DNA of 64,000 nucleotides from Dehalococcoidia bacterium (GTDB lineage: Bacteria > Chloroflexota > Dehalococcoidia > DSTF01 > WHTK01). A program made the position numbers and the translations under genes. The notes under the pieces are model-generated. The model worked only from the letters and a program-made list of their open reading frames with translations, searched no databases and had not been told where the DNA came from. Shown piece by piece: positions 10,306 through 20,903 of the stretch (positions within the stretch are counted from its first letter, which is position 1; each line of letters opens with the position of its first letter). The stretch covers positions 314,066 to 378,065 of the forward strand of contig CBDDBP010000006.1 of assembly GCA_965225815.1 (NCBI GenBank), read 5' to 3'.

Positions 10306-11223
10306 ATGGCAGTCGTAGCGCTGGACAACCGCCTCAATGACCTCGTTGAGCCCAACGTCGAAGTCGAGCAGATAGCGACCGGCTTCGTCTTCACCGAAGG
10401 GCCGCTCTGGAATAAACGCGACAAGACGCTGCACTTCAGCGATGTGCGGACCGGTATCCTGCGTATCTGGTCGGAGAAGGACGGTAGTGTTTCCGTCGTC
10501 CGAGAGGGCGAAGCCAACGGCATCAGCAATGGCAACACATGGGACAAGGATGGCAATCTCCTGACCTGCGAACACCAGGGCAGGCGCATCAGCCAAACGC
10601 TGCCGGATGGCAGGGTTGAGACCCTCGTCGGTCGCTGGGGTGAAGCACTACTCAACAGCCCGAATGACGTGATCACCGCCCTAAATGGCGACGTGCTATT
10701 CACCGACCCGGCATACGGCTTACGGCAACCGGACGGGTCTTTCGGCGAAGGGGAGTATGGCTTTCGCGGCGTCTTTCGTTACTCAGTCGCCAACCAGACC
10801 CTGGAGCCGCTCTTGCGTGAGTTCGAAGCGCCTAACGGCCTGGCGCTGAGTGACGACGACTCGTTGCTCTACGTCTGTGACACACAGCAGGGCGTGATCC
10901 AGGCTTTCGACGTTGGCGCCGGCGGCACGCCGGGGAACGGGCGTATCTTTTGCGAAGTCCAACACGCCGAAACGCGAGGGCGCCCAGATGGCATGAAGCT
11001 CGACTCTCAGGGCAACGTTTACGTTGCCGCGAACACGTCGGAAGGCGTTTGGGTCTTCAGTCCGGCAGGCAGCCTGCTCGGCTTCATCGACATCGGTGAG
11101 AGCCCGGCGAACCTGGCGTGGGGCGACGACGACTGGCGCACGATGTACATTACGGCGCAAACATCCGTCTACCGGTTGCGCATGAAAGTACCCGGCCAGC
11201 CCGTGCGCTTCACGCCGCAGTAG
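10306..11223 (+). CDS. SMP-30/gluconolactonase family protein
   Basis: FTEGP.W, NSPND, FTDP.YG, PNGL, PDGM motifs. Confidence 0.92.
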   Translation: MAVVALDNRLNDLVEPNVEVEQIATGFVFTEGPLWNKRDKTLHFSDVRTGILRIWSEKDGSVSVVREGEANGISNGNTWDKDGNLLTCEHQGRRISQTLPDGRVETLVGRWGEALLNSPNDVITALNGDVLFTDPAYGLRQPDGSFGEGEYGFRGVFRYSVANQTLEPLLREFEAPNGLALSDDDSLLYVCDTQQGVIQAFDVGAGGTPGNGRIFCEVQHAETRGRPDGMKLDSQGNVYVAANTSEGVWVFSPAGSLLGFIDIGESPANLAWGDDDWRTMYITAQTSVYRLRMKVPGQPVRFTPQ

Positions 11224-11490
11224 ATACGGCGCGAGGGCAGCGCTGATTCTCGGTGGCGGCAAGTGATTGCCCAGAGACACCGGGCACCACTACGCTCGTA
11301 CGAGCCACAACGTTCCTTCTTAAGTCGCAATGTGGCCGCCTGAATGCGGTTAAAAGTACCGCGAGCCGAGCGTGATCCCTCCCGTGAAACATGGTTTAGG
11401 CACTCGGTTTCATGAGTGAATAGCCCATTGACGCACCAAATTATACTTATAGACGAAACAAACGGCGGGCGAAGTCAGGAGGGTCTCCTC

Positions 11491-11694
11491 ATGCAGTACG
11501 CCGGTAGTGCCAACTGTCCCAGATGTGAGACGCCGCTTGTCCACGAATTTGAGCCTTCGGGGGACTGTCTGCCTCAGGATGCATTGACCCAGGCAGAGCA
11601 GCGCATCGTGTGCCAGAAGTGTGGTTACAACCGCCATGTTGCGTACGTAGTGCCGAGACGGAGCCCTGGGAAGCGAGGCCGGATCACACTCTAA
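11491..11694 (+). CDS. small zinc-ribbon protein
   Basis: AGGAGG RBS; CPRC...CQKC. Confidence 0.55.
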   Translation: MQYAGSANCPRCETPLVHEFEPSGDCLPQDALTQAEQRIVCQKCGYNRHVAYVVPRRSPGKRGRITL

Positions 11695-12974
11695 CTGGCG
11701 GCGTCTGGGTTCCAGAGCCGGGAAAATTCCTCCTGAAACGCATTGGACGTCATGCCCGCAATCTCGGCCAGCCGGCGCGCCCTCTCTCCGTCTTTGAGGT
11801 CTTCGGGCGTGAGCCTGATCATGTACTCGTGAGCTACTTGATAGAGCTGAGAATCGATGTCCACTAGTCGGACTTTGGTTCGTCCCGTATCTGGATCCTT
11901 CAGATCCTCGAATGGCATGGTGCGCAAGTTGGCGCCATCCAACGTGACGAACCCGCCTTGCTCCAATCTTGCGTCGGACGGCGGGTCGAGCAAGTAGCGT
12001 ACAGCACCCCAACCCAGGGTCCTCGTGTAGTCGATGTCGAAGGGCAGCGGCGCGGCGCAGCGTAGCTCGTAGCCAAGTGTGATATCGGTCAAGGCTAACT
12101 TCTCACCGCGTTCGGCGAACCGGCTGACCAAACGGTGCTTGATCATGGCTGCCAGCGGGATTTCCGCCAGCGAGATGTGGCCATGCGGGTCGTAGGCAAT
12201 GTCGATCCCTGCGCCGCGACGCAGTTCTTCCGGATCGATACGCTCGCCGACGCCTTCACCAACGACCACAACGCCGTAGTTCTGCCCGGTCAGTCGTCGC
12301 TTGTAGATAGAGCCTTCGATCACACGAGCAACGTCGTCCATCGTGATTTGCTTGGGGAACTCCTCCGGAATCACGGTCAGCGTCGCGCCCGCGGCCTTTC
12401 CAACGCCGAGCGACAGATGTCCGGCTTTGCGGCCCATCATGACGACAATGAACCAGCGATTGATCGTCCGGGATTCCTCCATGATCGTCAGGACAAGCTG
12501 CGTGCCGACGTGGCGCGCCGTCTCGTATCCGAAAGTCGGCATGCCGTTGGGCAGGGGCAGGTCGTTGTCTATCGTTTTCGGTACGTGGGCCACGCGCAGC
12601 GCGCCGTTGGCGTGCTCGGCTACGGACGCGGCGGAGAAAGCAGTGTCGTCGCCTCCTATGGAGAGGAGGTGAGTGATTCCGAGCTGCTGCAGTGTCTGCA
12701 CCACGCTCGTAAGCATTTCCGGGCTCTTCGTCGGGTTTGCCCGTGACGTACCCAGTATGGAGCCGCCTTGAAAATGAATCCGTGATACGTCCTCAATCGT
12801 GAGTTCGCGCGTCTGCGAAGAGTCACCAGCGACGAGGTGCTCGAAACCGTCCTGAATACCAATGACAGACATGCCCGAGTTGCGCGCTTCGATCGTCGCT
12901 GAGCTGATGACGCTGTTAATCCCGGGCGCGGGTCCGCCACCTGCCAGGATGCCAAGGGTGCCGTTGCTGGTCAT
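11691..12974 (-). CDS. pfp: pyrophosphate-dependent phosphofructokinase
   Basis: GGGPAPG, GGDDT, PKTIDND (PPi-type GGDD/PKTID), MGR, LGYELRC. Confidence 0.9.
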   Translation of the reverse strand: MTSNGTLGILAGGGPAPGINSVISSATIEARNSGMSVIGIQDGFEHLVAGDSSQTRELTIEDVSRIHFQGGSILGTSRANPTKSPEMLTSVVQTLQQLGITHLLSIGGDDTAFSAASVAEHANGALRVAHVPKTIDNDLPLPNGMPTFGYETARHVGTQLVLTIMEESRTINRWFIVVMMGRKAGHLSLGVGKAAGATLTVIPEEFPKQITMDDVARVIEGSIYKRRLTGQNYGVVVVGEGVGERIDPEELRRGAGIDIAYDPHGHISLAEIPLAAMIKHRLVSRFAERGEKLALTDITLGYELRCAAPLPFDIDYTRTLGWGAVRYLLDPPSDARLEQGGFVTLDGANLRTMPFEDLKDPDTGRTKVRLVDIDSQLYQVAHEYMIRLTPEDLKDGERARRLAEIAGMTSNAFQEEFSRLWNPDAAS

Positions 12975-13145
12975 GACCAAACTCCTCCACGGCGAGCCGC
13001 TCGCGGTTTGTTTGAGGACGTTCCTGGTCGAATTAGGGAAATTGAGGCACAAGAACGGTCGCGCGCGAGCCTGCTAGCGAGTTCTAGTGTAGCGAATGGT
13101 AGCCGGTCTAACGTCCGGGTAAACCAAGGCCGCCTTCCAGTGGCC

Positions 13146-13909
13146 TCATTTGTACCAGATCGGCTGGCGCTTGGAGTTTCCTGAAGCAGTGCAAACGTCG
13201 CCACGAGGCTCATTCTTGGCCAGGTCAAGCATGTCTGCAGTGCGATCGCTCAGGGCGGCCTCCGCCAATGTGACGAATAACTCCAAAGGCCCTCCCTGAG
13301 CCCTGACAGCCTGAGATGGGGGAAAGTCGCAGACCAACGTGAACGCCTCGACACTGGCCTTGCAAACGCCGCTTCCAGGGCCGCAGACGAGGCTCAGGCC
13401 TTGCTCTGAGAGGTCGATGTGATTCGGGCCGCAGCCGGGGCAGCCGTCGACGCGTTGAGCGGCGATGCAGCTACCGGGCCCGCAGATCCGTAACACGGTG
13501 CCGCAGGGCCACTCCGAATAACGTGACGGGCCGACGGCAACGATGCTGGCGTCTTCGGATGAGTACAGACCCGTATCGCAGCCCAACGGTTGGCCGTTGA
13601 AGGATTCGCCGTAGTGAGTGACCCACGCTCCATCCACAGAACTGATCCTGATCAGCCCCTGGGTCGAATGCTGGACGCCGTCGGCGAGTAGTGAGACAGA
13701 ATCGATCAGCTGATTGGCCACGACCTGCAGCCCGGGTTCCGATGCGTCTACTTCAACGCTGGTGCTGGTGTTGACGGGTGTTTGCGAGCTGACTAGTTGT
13801 CGACTGCTGGTAAGACCCCCTGCAATGAGCGCTACGACGAGGAACCCGATACTGACGAAACTGCGGGGTCCAGGTCTTTGGTAACTCAGTGATATACCTT
13901 CGCCGACAT
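13146..13909 (-). CDS. secreted RlpA/DPBB-like Cys-rich protein; ATG at 13909 is one base out of frame
   Basis: THYGESFNG..LGC, PCGTVLRIC, RVDGCPGC...IDLS; frame open upstream through a TM segment. Confidence 0.6.
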
Positions 13910-14176
13910 CAAGCCTCCTCAGCGGTCAGCTTCAATCGCTTGCAAAGAGAATAAGGTGTGATTTCAGGCTAAGGCGACGGCGCCTTATGGTAAAGCTATA
14001 ACAAAACCATAAAGGCCTTTAGCTACGGGACCAAGGCCGTCCGTGAGCTGCCTGGGTCAGGTCCGACATCGCTGAATTATCCTTCGGCCGCAAGCCGGAA
14101 TGTCTCGATGGCACACCGTCACCCTGCCCCCGGTGAGCGCTAGAACAAATCCTGGGCTGGCGGATTGGCGGCGTGG

Positions 14177-14650
14177 CTACCGGCTCATCTGTAAACGGAA
14201 CCCGGGCATGATTCCGGTGATGCTCTCGAGGTCAACGACGATCGCAGTGCCTGTCTTATCTTGATCGGAGTCGCGCTCGCGTTGCGCCATCGTGCCGTAG
14301 ACCTGGTCACGCAGGGGACCGTCCTCGACTCGACCCTTGCCTCGGAAAGTTACGATCGCGGCCGAACGGCCGTGGTCAGGCGAGGGCTCACGATAAACGA
14401 GCGTCAGGTCCGGGTTCTTCGCCAGAGCGTTCACGGTGCTGCCTTCGGCGTTTCGGGCCCAGAAGCCGAGCTGAGTCTCACTGACTACCACGACGCTGCC
14501 GCGAAAGGACATTCCAGGCCTCCCCTGGTCGTCAACGTAGGCAACCATGATCGGCCAGTCGTTCGGCACGTAAGCTTCCATGACCTTCTGCTTCAGCGCT
14601 TCGTTAATCCGCAGCTCGGTTAGAGTTTCTGGTGTTGGCGGTGTGGTCAC
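14177..14650 (-). CDS. pyridoxamine 5'-phosphate oxidase-like protein
   Basis: AYVDDQGRPGMSFRGS; paralog of 6363-6827. Confidence 0.8.
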   Translation of the reverse strand: MTTPPTPETLTELRINEALKQKVMEAYVPNDWPIMVAYVDDQGRPGMSFRGSVVVVSETQLGFWARNAEGSTVNALAKNPDLTLVYREPSPDHGRSAAIVTFRGKGRVEDGPLRDQVYGTMAQRERDSDQDKTGTAIVVDLESITGIMPGFRLQMSR

Positions 14651-14832
14651 CGTATCGATCTCCTTGGTGCGTACTTGTCATCCGTCGGGCATTGTAGCGG
14701 CGTGACGAGGGGTGCTCCAGTTCCCGACTCTTTCTGACTTATCGGACCTGACTCCAAACCTGACACATCTCGAACCTTGCTCCGTTATTAGGAGTGCAGG
14801 AAGCAGGCCCAAAAGCGGCAAGGAGAGCTGAA

Positions 14833-14994
14833 ATGCAAGATGAAAAAGGCCAAACCACCACTGAATACGGACTAATCATGATGATCGTGTCGATCGCCGT
14901 CATAGGCATCCTGGTTATCGCAGCCGGAAGCCTGAACGACCTGTACACGACTGCGGGTGATGCGGTCCATGCCGCTGCCGAAAACATCGCCTAG
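14833..14994 (+). CDS. Flp/Fap type IVb pilin
   Basis: DEKGQTTTEYGLI prepilin G|xxxxEY motif followed by hydrophobic helix; AGGAG RBS. Confidence 0.85.
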   Translation: MQDEKGQTTTEYGLIMMIVSIAVIGILVIAAGSLNDLYTTAGDAVHAAAENIA

Positions 14995-15052
14995 TCGAGA
15001 GGCTGAGCCACAAATGATTTGGCTAATAGGAGCCAAGAGTCGCTGCCCAGCG

Positions 15053-16657
15053 CTACTCTTGGCCGGTAGCGCGCCTTAGAACGGCAGATGCATCGGTAGG
15101 TGCCGTATTTCCAGCCCAGGCGACGTACTGCTCTGGACGTACCAGCACAAGATTTGCTGCAAAATCGGCGCGCTCTGCTTCGAAGGAATCACGGATCGTC
15201 TTCAAAGGGATGCCCAATGACTTCGCGGCGTCCTCGAATTTCGCGACATCGGCTTCTTCCGCACCGAACGCCAGGAGCGTGAAGCCGACGCCTAGCGCCT
15301 CGAAGGTGCTCTTGCCGTCCGAAAGCATCCTGGGGGCAAGGTGATGACCGGGGCGCGCGGTGAGGGAGTGCTCACCGTGAATGCCACTGGCGCCTCCCGG
15401 CGGACCAAACACGATGGACGAGCCTTCATAGTTCGGTTCGTAAACCTCGCGCCGCTGCACTGTGCTGTCGTAGAGCTCCTGCCAGGCCTTCTCGAATTCG
15501 GTCTTGTCGCGCGTCGGGTTATAGCGGTCGAGGAAGACCCGATCGGACTCGATGCCTCCGGCGATCATTAGCTGACCGGTCTCGACGAAGATCGGACGCC
15601 GCTCCTCGCCATAGGAGCCGAGGAGCGCATCTCCTCCCCAGCCCTCGAGGACCGCCGTGAGCTTCCAGGCGAGGTTTGCCACATCCTCCAGACCCGAGTT
15701 GAGTCCGAAGCCGCCATAGGGTGGGTGACTGTGAGCAGCGTCTCCGGCGATGAAGACACGGCCACTGCGGTACTGGCTAGCGACGGCAATGCGTAGGTCC
15801 CAGAAACCAACGTGGTCGAACTCAATTGGAAACTCGAAACCGGCGGCCGAGTAAATCAATGCCGCAAAGTCGTAGTTCTCTGGTGTCGTGTCGAGGGGCA
15901 CCGGCGCGTGGAAGAACCATCCCTCGCCAACGTCGACGCGGCCAAAGAATTGCCAGTAACCCTGCAGCTCTGGTCGCAGAACGCGGAAAGTCGTCCGGTC
16001 AGGGAAGCGTTTCAGTCCTTCGTGCAGCTCGCGCGATCGAAAAACAGCCAAGACCATGCGCTGGTCGAAGTCCTCGCCGCCGCGGTCGATGCCGAGCCCG
16101 TCACGCACCAGCGATCGGGCGCCATCGCAACCGACGAGGTACTCGGCTTCGAGGCTTCGCTTTTCGTTGCTGTCCGCATTCGAGATCGTAACGCTGGCGC
16201 CGTTGTCGTCCTGAGTGAAAGACTCCATCGACCAACCGAAAAGGCAGGTGACATTTTCAAGTTTGACGACATGGCGCCGCATGACTTCTTCCGTAAGGTA
16301 CTGGGGCAGACGTTCGTTGCGGCGGAAGAAGAAGGACCTTAGACCCTCGCCGCGACCCGGCCCATCATTTGCCGTGTACCAGTACTCGCTCATCAGGTTG
16401 TCGTATGCCGTGACGCCGCCGATGGGATAGCCTTCGGGCAAGAGACGTGCCGCGTGCACTTCCTCATCGATACCCCAGAAGTACATCAGCTCCATGGTTC
16501 GATTGGTCAGGTTCTGGCCCTTCGGGATGCGTTGGGGCGTGAGGTGCCGCTCCACGAGGGCCGTGCGTACGCCGCGACGGCCCAGATCAAGTGCCAGCGC
16601 TACGCCCACGGGGCCACCGCCAACGATGACTACCTGGTAGCGATCTGAGTCAGGCAT
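15053..16657 (-). CDS. FAD-dependent aromatic monooxygenase (PheA/TfdB family)
   Basis: GGGPVG, GCDGARS, GDAAH...GG.GLN.G.ED..NL.WKL. Confidence 0.92.
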   Translation of the reverse strand: MPDSDRYQVVIVGGGPVGVALALDLGRRGVRTALVERHLTPQRIPKGQNLTNRTMELMYFWGIDEEVHAARLLPEGYPIGGVTAYDNLMSEYWYTANDGPGRGEGLRSFFFRRNERLPQYLTEEVMRRHVVKLENVTCLFGWSMESFTQDDNGASVTISNADSNEKRSLEAEYLVGCDGARSLVRDGLGIDRGGEDFDQRMVLAVFRSRELHEGLKRFPDRTTFRVLRPELQGYWQFFGRVDVGEGWFFHAPVPLDTTPENYDFAALIYSAAGFEFPIEFDHVGFWDLRIAVASQYRSGRVFIAGDAAHSHPPYGGFGLNSGLEDVANLAWKLTAVLEGWGGDALLGSYGEERRPIFVETGQLMIAGGIESDRVFLDRYNPTRDKTEFEKAWQELYDSTVQRREVYEPNYEGSSIVFGPPGGASGIHGEHSLTARPGHHLAPRMLSDGKSTFEALGVGFTLLAFGAEEADVAKFEDAAKSLGIPLKTIRDSFEAERADFAANLVLVRPEQYVAWAGNTAPTDASAVLRRATGQE

Positions 16658-16760
16658 ATTTCTCCAGTACATTACCGTGACTCAGCCTTTGTGTCTTGCC
16701 GGTCGCGAGAGGGATCTACTTGCGCCAGAAAATGCTGCATGCAGGGTTTGTCTATGCAGA

Positions 16761-17618
16761 CTAGAAGGGCAACGTCTCGCCACCACTGACCGAGATCACT
16801 TCGCCTGTTACGTAGGATGCGTCCTCGGAGGCGAGGAAGGCTATCGCCGCAGCCTGTTCTTCAGCGGTGCTGTCGCGCCCCAGGGACTCCCTCAGAGGCT
16901 GTACCGAGCGGCGCTCAAACTCCCTGTAGTGGCGCTGGAGCGCCACTTCCTCCTCGGGCAACTCGTTACGCTGGGGCGCCACGTTGTGGTTTCGCGGCGT
17001 GACGCGGTCAGGGGCGCTGACGGCCGAGGGCGAAACGCTGTTGATCCGGACACCGTATCGACCCAGCTCCTTCGACAGCGAGGTCGTCAAGCCGACGACA
17101 CCGGCTTTCGCGGCCGAATAGGGAGCGCGGAACTTGCCGACGACGGATTGCGAAGCCATCGTGACGATGGCGCCGGATTGTTGTTCGACCATGTAGGGCA
17201 GTACGGCTCGGATGCACCAGAGCGGCGGCCAGAGCGACTTATCGATCTCCGCGACGATCTGTTCCGGCGAGTAAAGCTGGAACGATTGGAAGAAGATCGT
17301 GCCGCCTACGACGACGACCAGCACGTCGATCCTGCCATAGTGCTGCTGCGCGGTGCTCATCAAGCTCTCGCAGGCTTCCCAGGTCGAATAGTTACCGGTG
17401 TGAGTGATCGCAGCCGTACCGAATTCCTGCACCTCAGCGGCAATTCGCATGGCCGAGTCCTCGACCCAATCACCGAGGACGAGCGAGCCGCCTTCCTGGG
17501 CTAGGCGCCGGGCGGTTGCGCTGCCGATACCCTGACCGGCTCCGGCGATCACACAAATCTTGTCTTGAAATCGTTTGGCCCCGGCGGCGCGAGGATCAAG
17601 TTCTCTGGCGTCTGTCAT
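16761..17618 (-). CDS. SDR dehydrogenase, BenD/XylL (cis-diol dehydrogenase)-like
   Basis: GAGQGIG; VGGTI...EQIVAEIDKSLWPPLW; YSAAK. Confidence 0.85.
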   Translation of the reverse strand: MTDARELDPRAAGAKRFQDKICVIAGAGQGIGSATARRLAQEGGSLVLGDWVEDSAMRIAAEVQEFGTAAITHTGNYSTWEACESLMSTAQQHYGRIDVLVVVVGGTIFFQSFQLYSPEQIVAEIDKSLWPPLWCIRAVLPYMVEQQSGAIVTMASQSVVGKFRAPYSAAKAGVVGLTTSLSKELGRYGVRINSVSPSAVSAPDRVTPRNHNVAPQRNELPEEEVALQRHYREFERRSVQPLRESLGRDSTAEEQAAAIAFLASEDASYVTGEVISVSGGETLPF

Positions 17619-17655
17619 TGCATGTCCTCACTCGCTAAACGCGATGGCGTACGAC

Positions 17656-18627
17656 TCAGACCTTGCTGCAGTAGGCGAAGCCAGCTCCGATGGGCGACGC
17701 GTATAACGGCACGTAGTCCAGATTGACGAAGGCTTCACCATCCGCGGTAGCGGCGGCTGCGATCCAGTTGCAGATCTGCCGCGTGCCGCCTTGTGGCCCA
17801 TCGGAGATTGGCATGCCGGTTGAATTGCTGCCGGGAGCCTGGCTGACGTCCTGAGGCGGCGGAACATAGGCGTCGAAGTAGTTCGCCATGGCCTTGATAT
17901 CGCCCGTTTCCAGGTGTGCCAGGATTTCTCTATCGAAGTCCTCATCCAGATAGGCTTCTGGCGCGCCGGGCGTATGCCAGAGGCCGCCGGTCCCGACGAC
18001 GGCGACCCGCAAGTTGGAGTCGTCCTCATCGATGACCTGACGGAGCGCTTTTCCAACCTCGTAGCTGCGCAGGGCGGTGATCTGGGGCGCGTAGTGGCAG
18101 TTGAGGAGAATCGGGACGATTGGCGTTGTCACGCCGGTCATCGACTCGGCCTTCCAGATCAGGCCGTGGGCCAAACCGCGTTCCGGGTTCGGCATGTCCA
18201 TACAGAAAGCAGGATCGAGGCCATGGCGCATCAGTCCGCGAAGGACGCGGGTTCCGAACTCAGGGTGTCCCCTTAACCGAGTCCTGGTCGGCTGGCCGGC
18301 ATTCTCGCGGGTGTTTGTCGCCGATGAACGACCTTCGAACGCCTCACCGAGGTAAACGGCCAGCCGGGGGAAATTGCGGAAGTCGAAAGACTCCAGCTGA
18401 TCGCTGGCAAAGACGATGACGACATCCGGCTCCGCTTCCGCAATCATCAGGCGGAGCTTCTCCAGCGAGGCGTGCAACCGCCCCGACTTTCTGCGGTTCT
18501 CCTCCAGGTCGTCAAACGGCACGTCCTGTCGCAGGCTGCGAGCAGCCCTCGTCTCGTTCCAGGTTTCCGGTTCAGCGAAACAAAAAGGGGTGTGTGAAGC
18601 GTTGTAGACGCCAAGAAATGTTGCCAC
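17656..18627 (-). CDS. class III extradiol ring-cleavage dioxygenase (LigB/MhpB-like)
   Basis: ASHTP, GLAHG, PIVPILLN, GTGGLWH motifs. Confidence 0.8.
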   Translation of the reverse strand: MATFLGVYNASHTPFCFAEPETWNETRAARSLRQDVPFDDLEENRRKSGRLHASLEKLRLMIAEAEPDVVIVFASDQLESFDFRNFPRLAVYLGEAFEGRSSATNTRENAGQPTRTRLRGHPEFGTRVLRGLMRHGLDPAFCMDMPNPERGLAHGLIWKAESMTGVTTPIVPILLNCHYAPQITALRSYEVGKALRQVIDEDDSNLRVAVVGTGGLWHTPGAPEAYLDEDFDREILAHLETGDIKAMANYFDAYVPPPQDVSQAPGSNSTGMPISDGPQGGTRQICNWIAAAATADGEAFVNLDYVPLYASPIGAGFAYCSKV

Positions 18628-18779
18628 AGGGCTGCCTCCAGGAAGGCCTATCTTGCTCGCGTAGCCTCCAGGGCTTCGCGTGTAGTTGGCTTGACCGCGC
18701 CTGAGGCTACTCCGGATGAGCGATTTTTGCTAGCGAAGCTCGTGCTCTATCTTCCGGAAGCGATCTGGAGGCGGATGGC

Positions 18780-19621
18780 CTAGCGGATGCCGGTGTCGTA
18801 GCTGATATCCACAGTGAGCCACTCCTCGGCGCTGAGGACGACCGTGACGGGGCTGGCGACCGGGAGGATGTTGTTAGATGGAGTCAGCGGCACGAGCCTG
18901 TAAGTCCCGGGCTGCAAGGCCTGACTGTAGCGGCCATCCGGGCCGGACATGGCTCGGGCTACCTCCTTGCCGGTGGCGTCCTCAATGACGATTGTCGCCT
19001 CGTACGGTTTGTCAGGACAGGGCTGATCCTCACGGGCTACGGGACACAGTGGACCCAGCGTGACCATGCCGCGAACACCGGATTGAGTCTCGGCAGCCAG
19101 TCGCTCCACGGTAACCTCGACAACGTAGTCGGCGGCTGCAATCGACGTCGACGACCGAGGCTCCGGTGACACTGCGAGTAGCGTGAGGGAAAGGGCGCCG
19201 AACAACGTTGTCGGGATTGTACGCGGCCCAAGCGTCACTTCGAGCTGGGTCGCGACGCCATCACTGTCCGAGGTCGAGAACTGCGCTGTGACCTCCCCGG
19301 CCCAAATGCAGACCACGTCCACCGGGCAGCGTGAGTCATCCGAATGCCTTCGAACCGAAGCATCCAGCCGCTGTCCGCGAGCCTGACGGCTTCGTCGAGG
19401 GTCAGGACGAAAGGGGCACCGAGCGGTTTCGCTTCTATACCTGTCGGTTGCGGGCTGGGCGTCATGACCGGCTCTGCTGTCGACGTGGTTGGCGGAGTCC
19501 CGACTTGCGTCGGCGTCGAACCCGTGCCGCCCGGCAGAGCGAAGCATCCCATGAGTAGAGCGGCAGTCGTCAGCACCAGCAGGGCGCTCAGCAGCGTTTT
19601 TGTGGTTCGAAGAGCGGTCAT
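18780..19621 (-). pseudogene. lipoprotein with C-terminal carboxypeptidase-regulatory-like domain, frameshifted near 19340
   Basis: LLMGC lipobox; DSRCP.DV.CIWAG and GPLCPV...CPDKP in the second frame. Confidence 0.65.
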
Positions 19622-19776
19622 ATCTCAATAAACGTCAGCAGCGCCCGGTTAGTTCCCCTGTTGCTTCCATGCGATTGGCCCCACGCGGCCGGTCTTCGTT
19701 CCACTGGCCTGACTGAGCCAGGATGACCTCTACCATCGAGCTATAGTTGGCAAAAGCATGACGAAGGAGAGGATCA

Positions 19777-20877
19777 ATGCTCGAGATATTTCGCGTCGGT
19801 GAGGACGATTCGATACGCATCATGCCGAACGATATGCGACGCGTGGTGCAGTCGATTTTCGAATCTGTCGGGGTGGAGACCGATGACGCGAAGCTGGGCG
19901 CAGATGTCCTCGTCACCGCGGACGTTCGCGGCGTCGATAGCCACGGCGTGTCGACCATGCTTCGGACCTACGTCCAGCGAATCCGCGACGGCGTAATCAA
20001 TCCGAAGCCTCAATGGCGAGTCATCGAAGAGCAAGCCTCCACGGCAACAATCGATTGCGACACGGGCCTCGGCGTCATGGTGGCGCCCAAGGCCATGGCC
20101 ATGGCGGTGAATAAGGCGAAACAGACGGGCATCGGCGCAGTCGCCATGCGGAACGCCAACCACAGCGGTATGGCGTCTTATCACGCGATGCTGGCTCTGC
20201 CGCACGACATGATTGGGATGTGTTTGACCGCGGCCGGGCCGCAAGTCTTGCCCACACACGGCGCGGTGCCCCGCATCGGCACGAATCCGTTCTCGGTGGC
20301 TGTTCCAGCGAGGAATATGCACCCCTTTGTCTTCGACGTAGCGACCAGCGTAGTTGCGGCGAACAAGCTGCAGCTGGCCAAGCGGTTGGGGTCTTCAATC
20401 CCGGGCAATTTCCTGGCGGATATGGATGGACGGATCATCTCTGAGCCGGGTCCGCTACCGGACGATTATCAGCTGCTGACGTTCGGAGGCACTCGAGAAT
20501 TAGGGTCACACAAGGGCTACGGCCTGGCGATGTTTATCGACATCATGTGTAGCGTGCTGGCAGGGGCCGCCCCTGCGGGCTTCAGTGGAAGAGGGCCAGG
20601 AAACCACTTCGTGGCGGCCTACAACATCTCCGCGTTTACAGATGTCGAAGAATTCAAGGACCGGATGGACTGGTATCTCGCCGAAATGGAGGCCACGCCT
20701 CCGGCTCCGGGCTTCGATCGGGTGATGACGCCCGGACAGGAAGAAGCCGAGATGGAGGTGGAGCGGAACGCGAAGGGCATTCCGTTGCACACTGAGGTTG
20801 TCGGCTGGCTGGAATCGATCTGTCAGGAGCTGAATGTGCCGTTCAGCGCGCCGGAAGCGCCGACACCGATGCCGTGA
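19777..20877 (+). CDS. Ldh2 family (malate/L-lactate/ureidoglycolate) dehydrogenase
   Basis: ADVRGVDSHG, NHSG, GTNP, HKGYGL. Confidence 0.92.
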   Translation: MLEIFRVGEDDSIRIMPNDMRRVVQSIFESVGVETDDAKLGADVLVTADVRGVDSHGVSTMLRTYVQRIRDGVINPKPQWRVIEEQASTATIDCDTGLGVMVAPKAMAMAVNKAKQTGIGAVAMRNANHSGMASYHAMLALPHDMIGMCLTAAGPQVLPTHGAVPRIGTNPFSVAVPARNMHPFVFDVATSVVAANKLQLAKRLGSSIPGNFLADMDGRIISEPGPLPDDYQLLTFGGTRELGSHKGYGLAMFIDIMCSVLAGAAPAGFSGRGPGNHFVAAYNISAFTDVEEFKDRMDWYLAEMEATPPAPGFDRVMTPGQEEAEMEVERNAKGIPLHTEVVGWLESICQELNVPFSAPEAPTPMP

Positions 20878-20903
20878 GACGACGCCCGCGACCTCGCGAA
20901 CCC

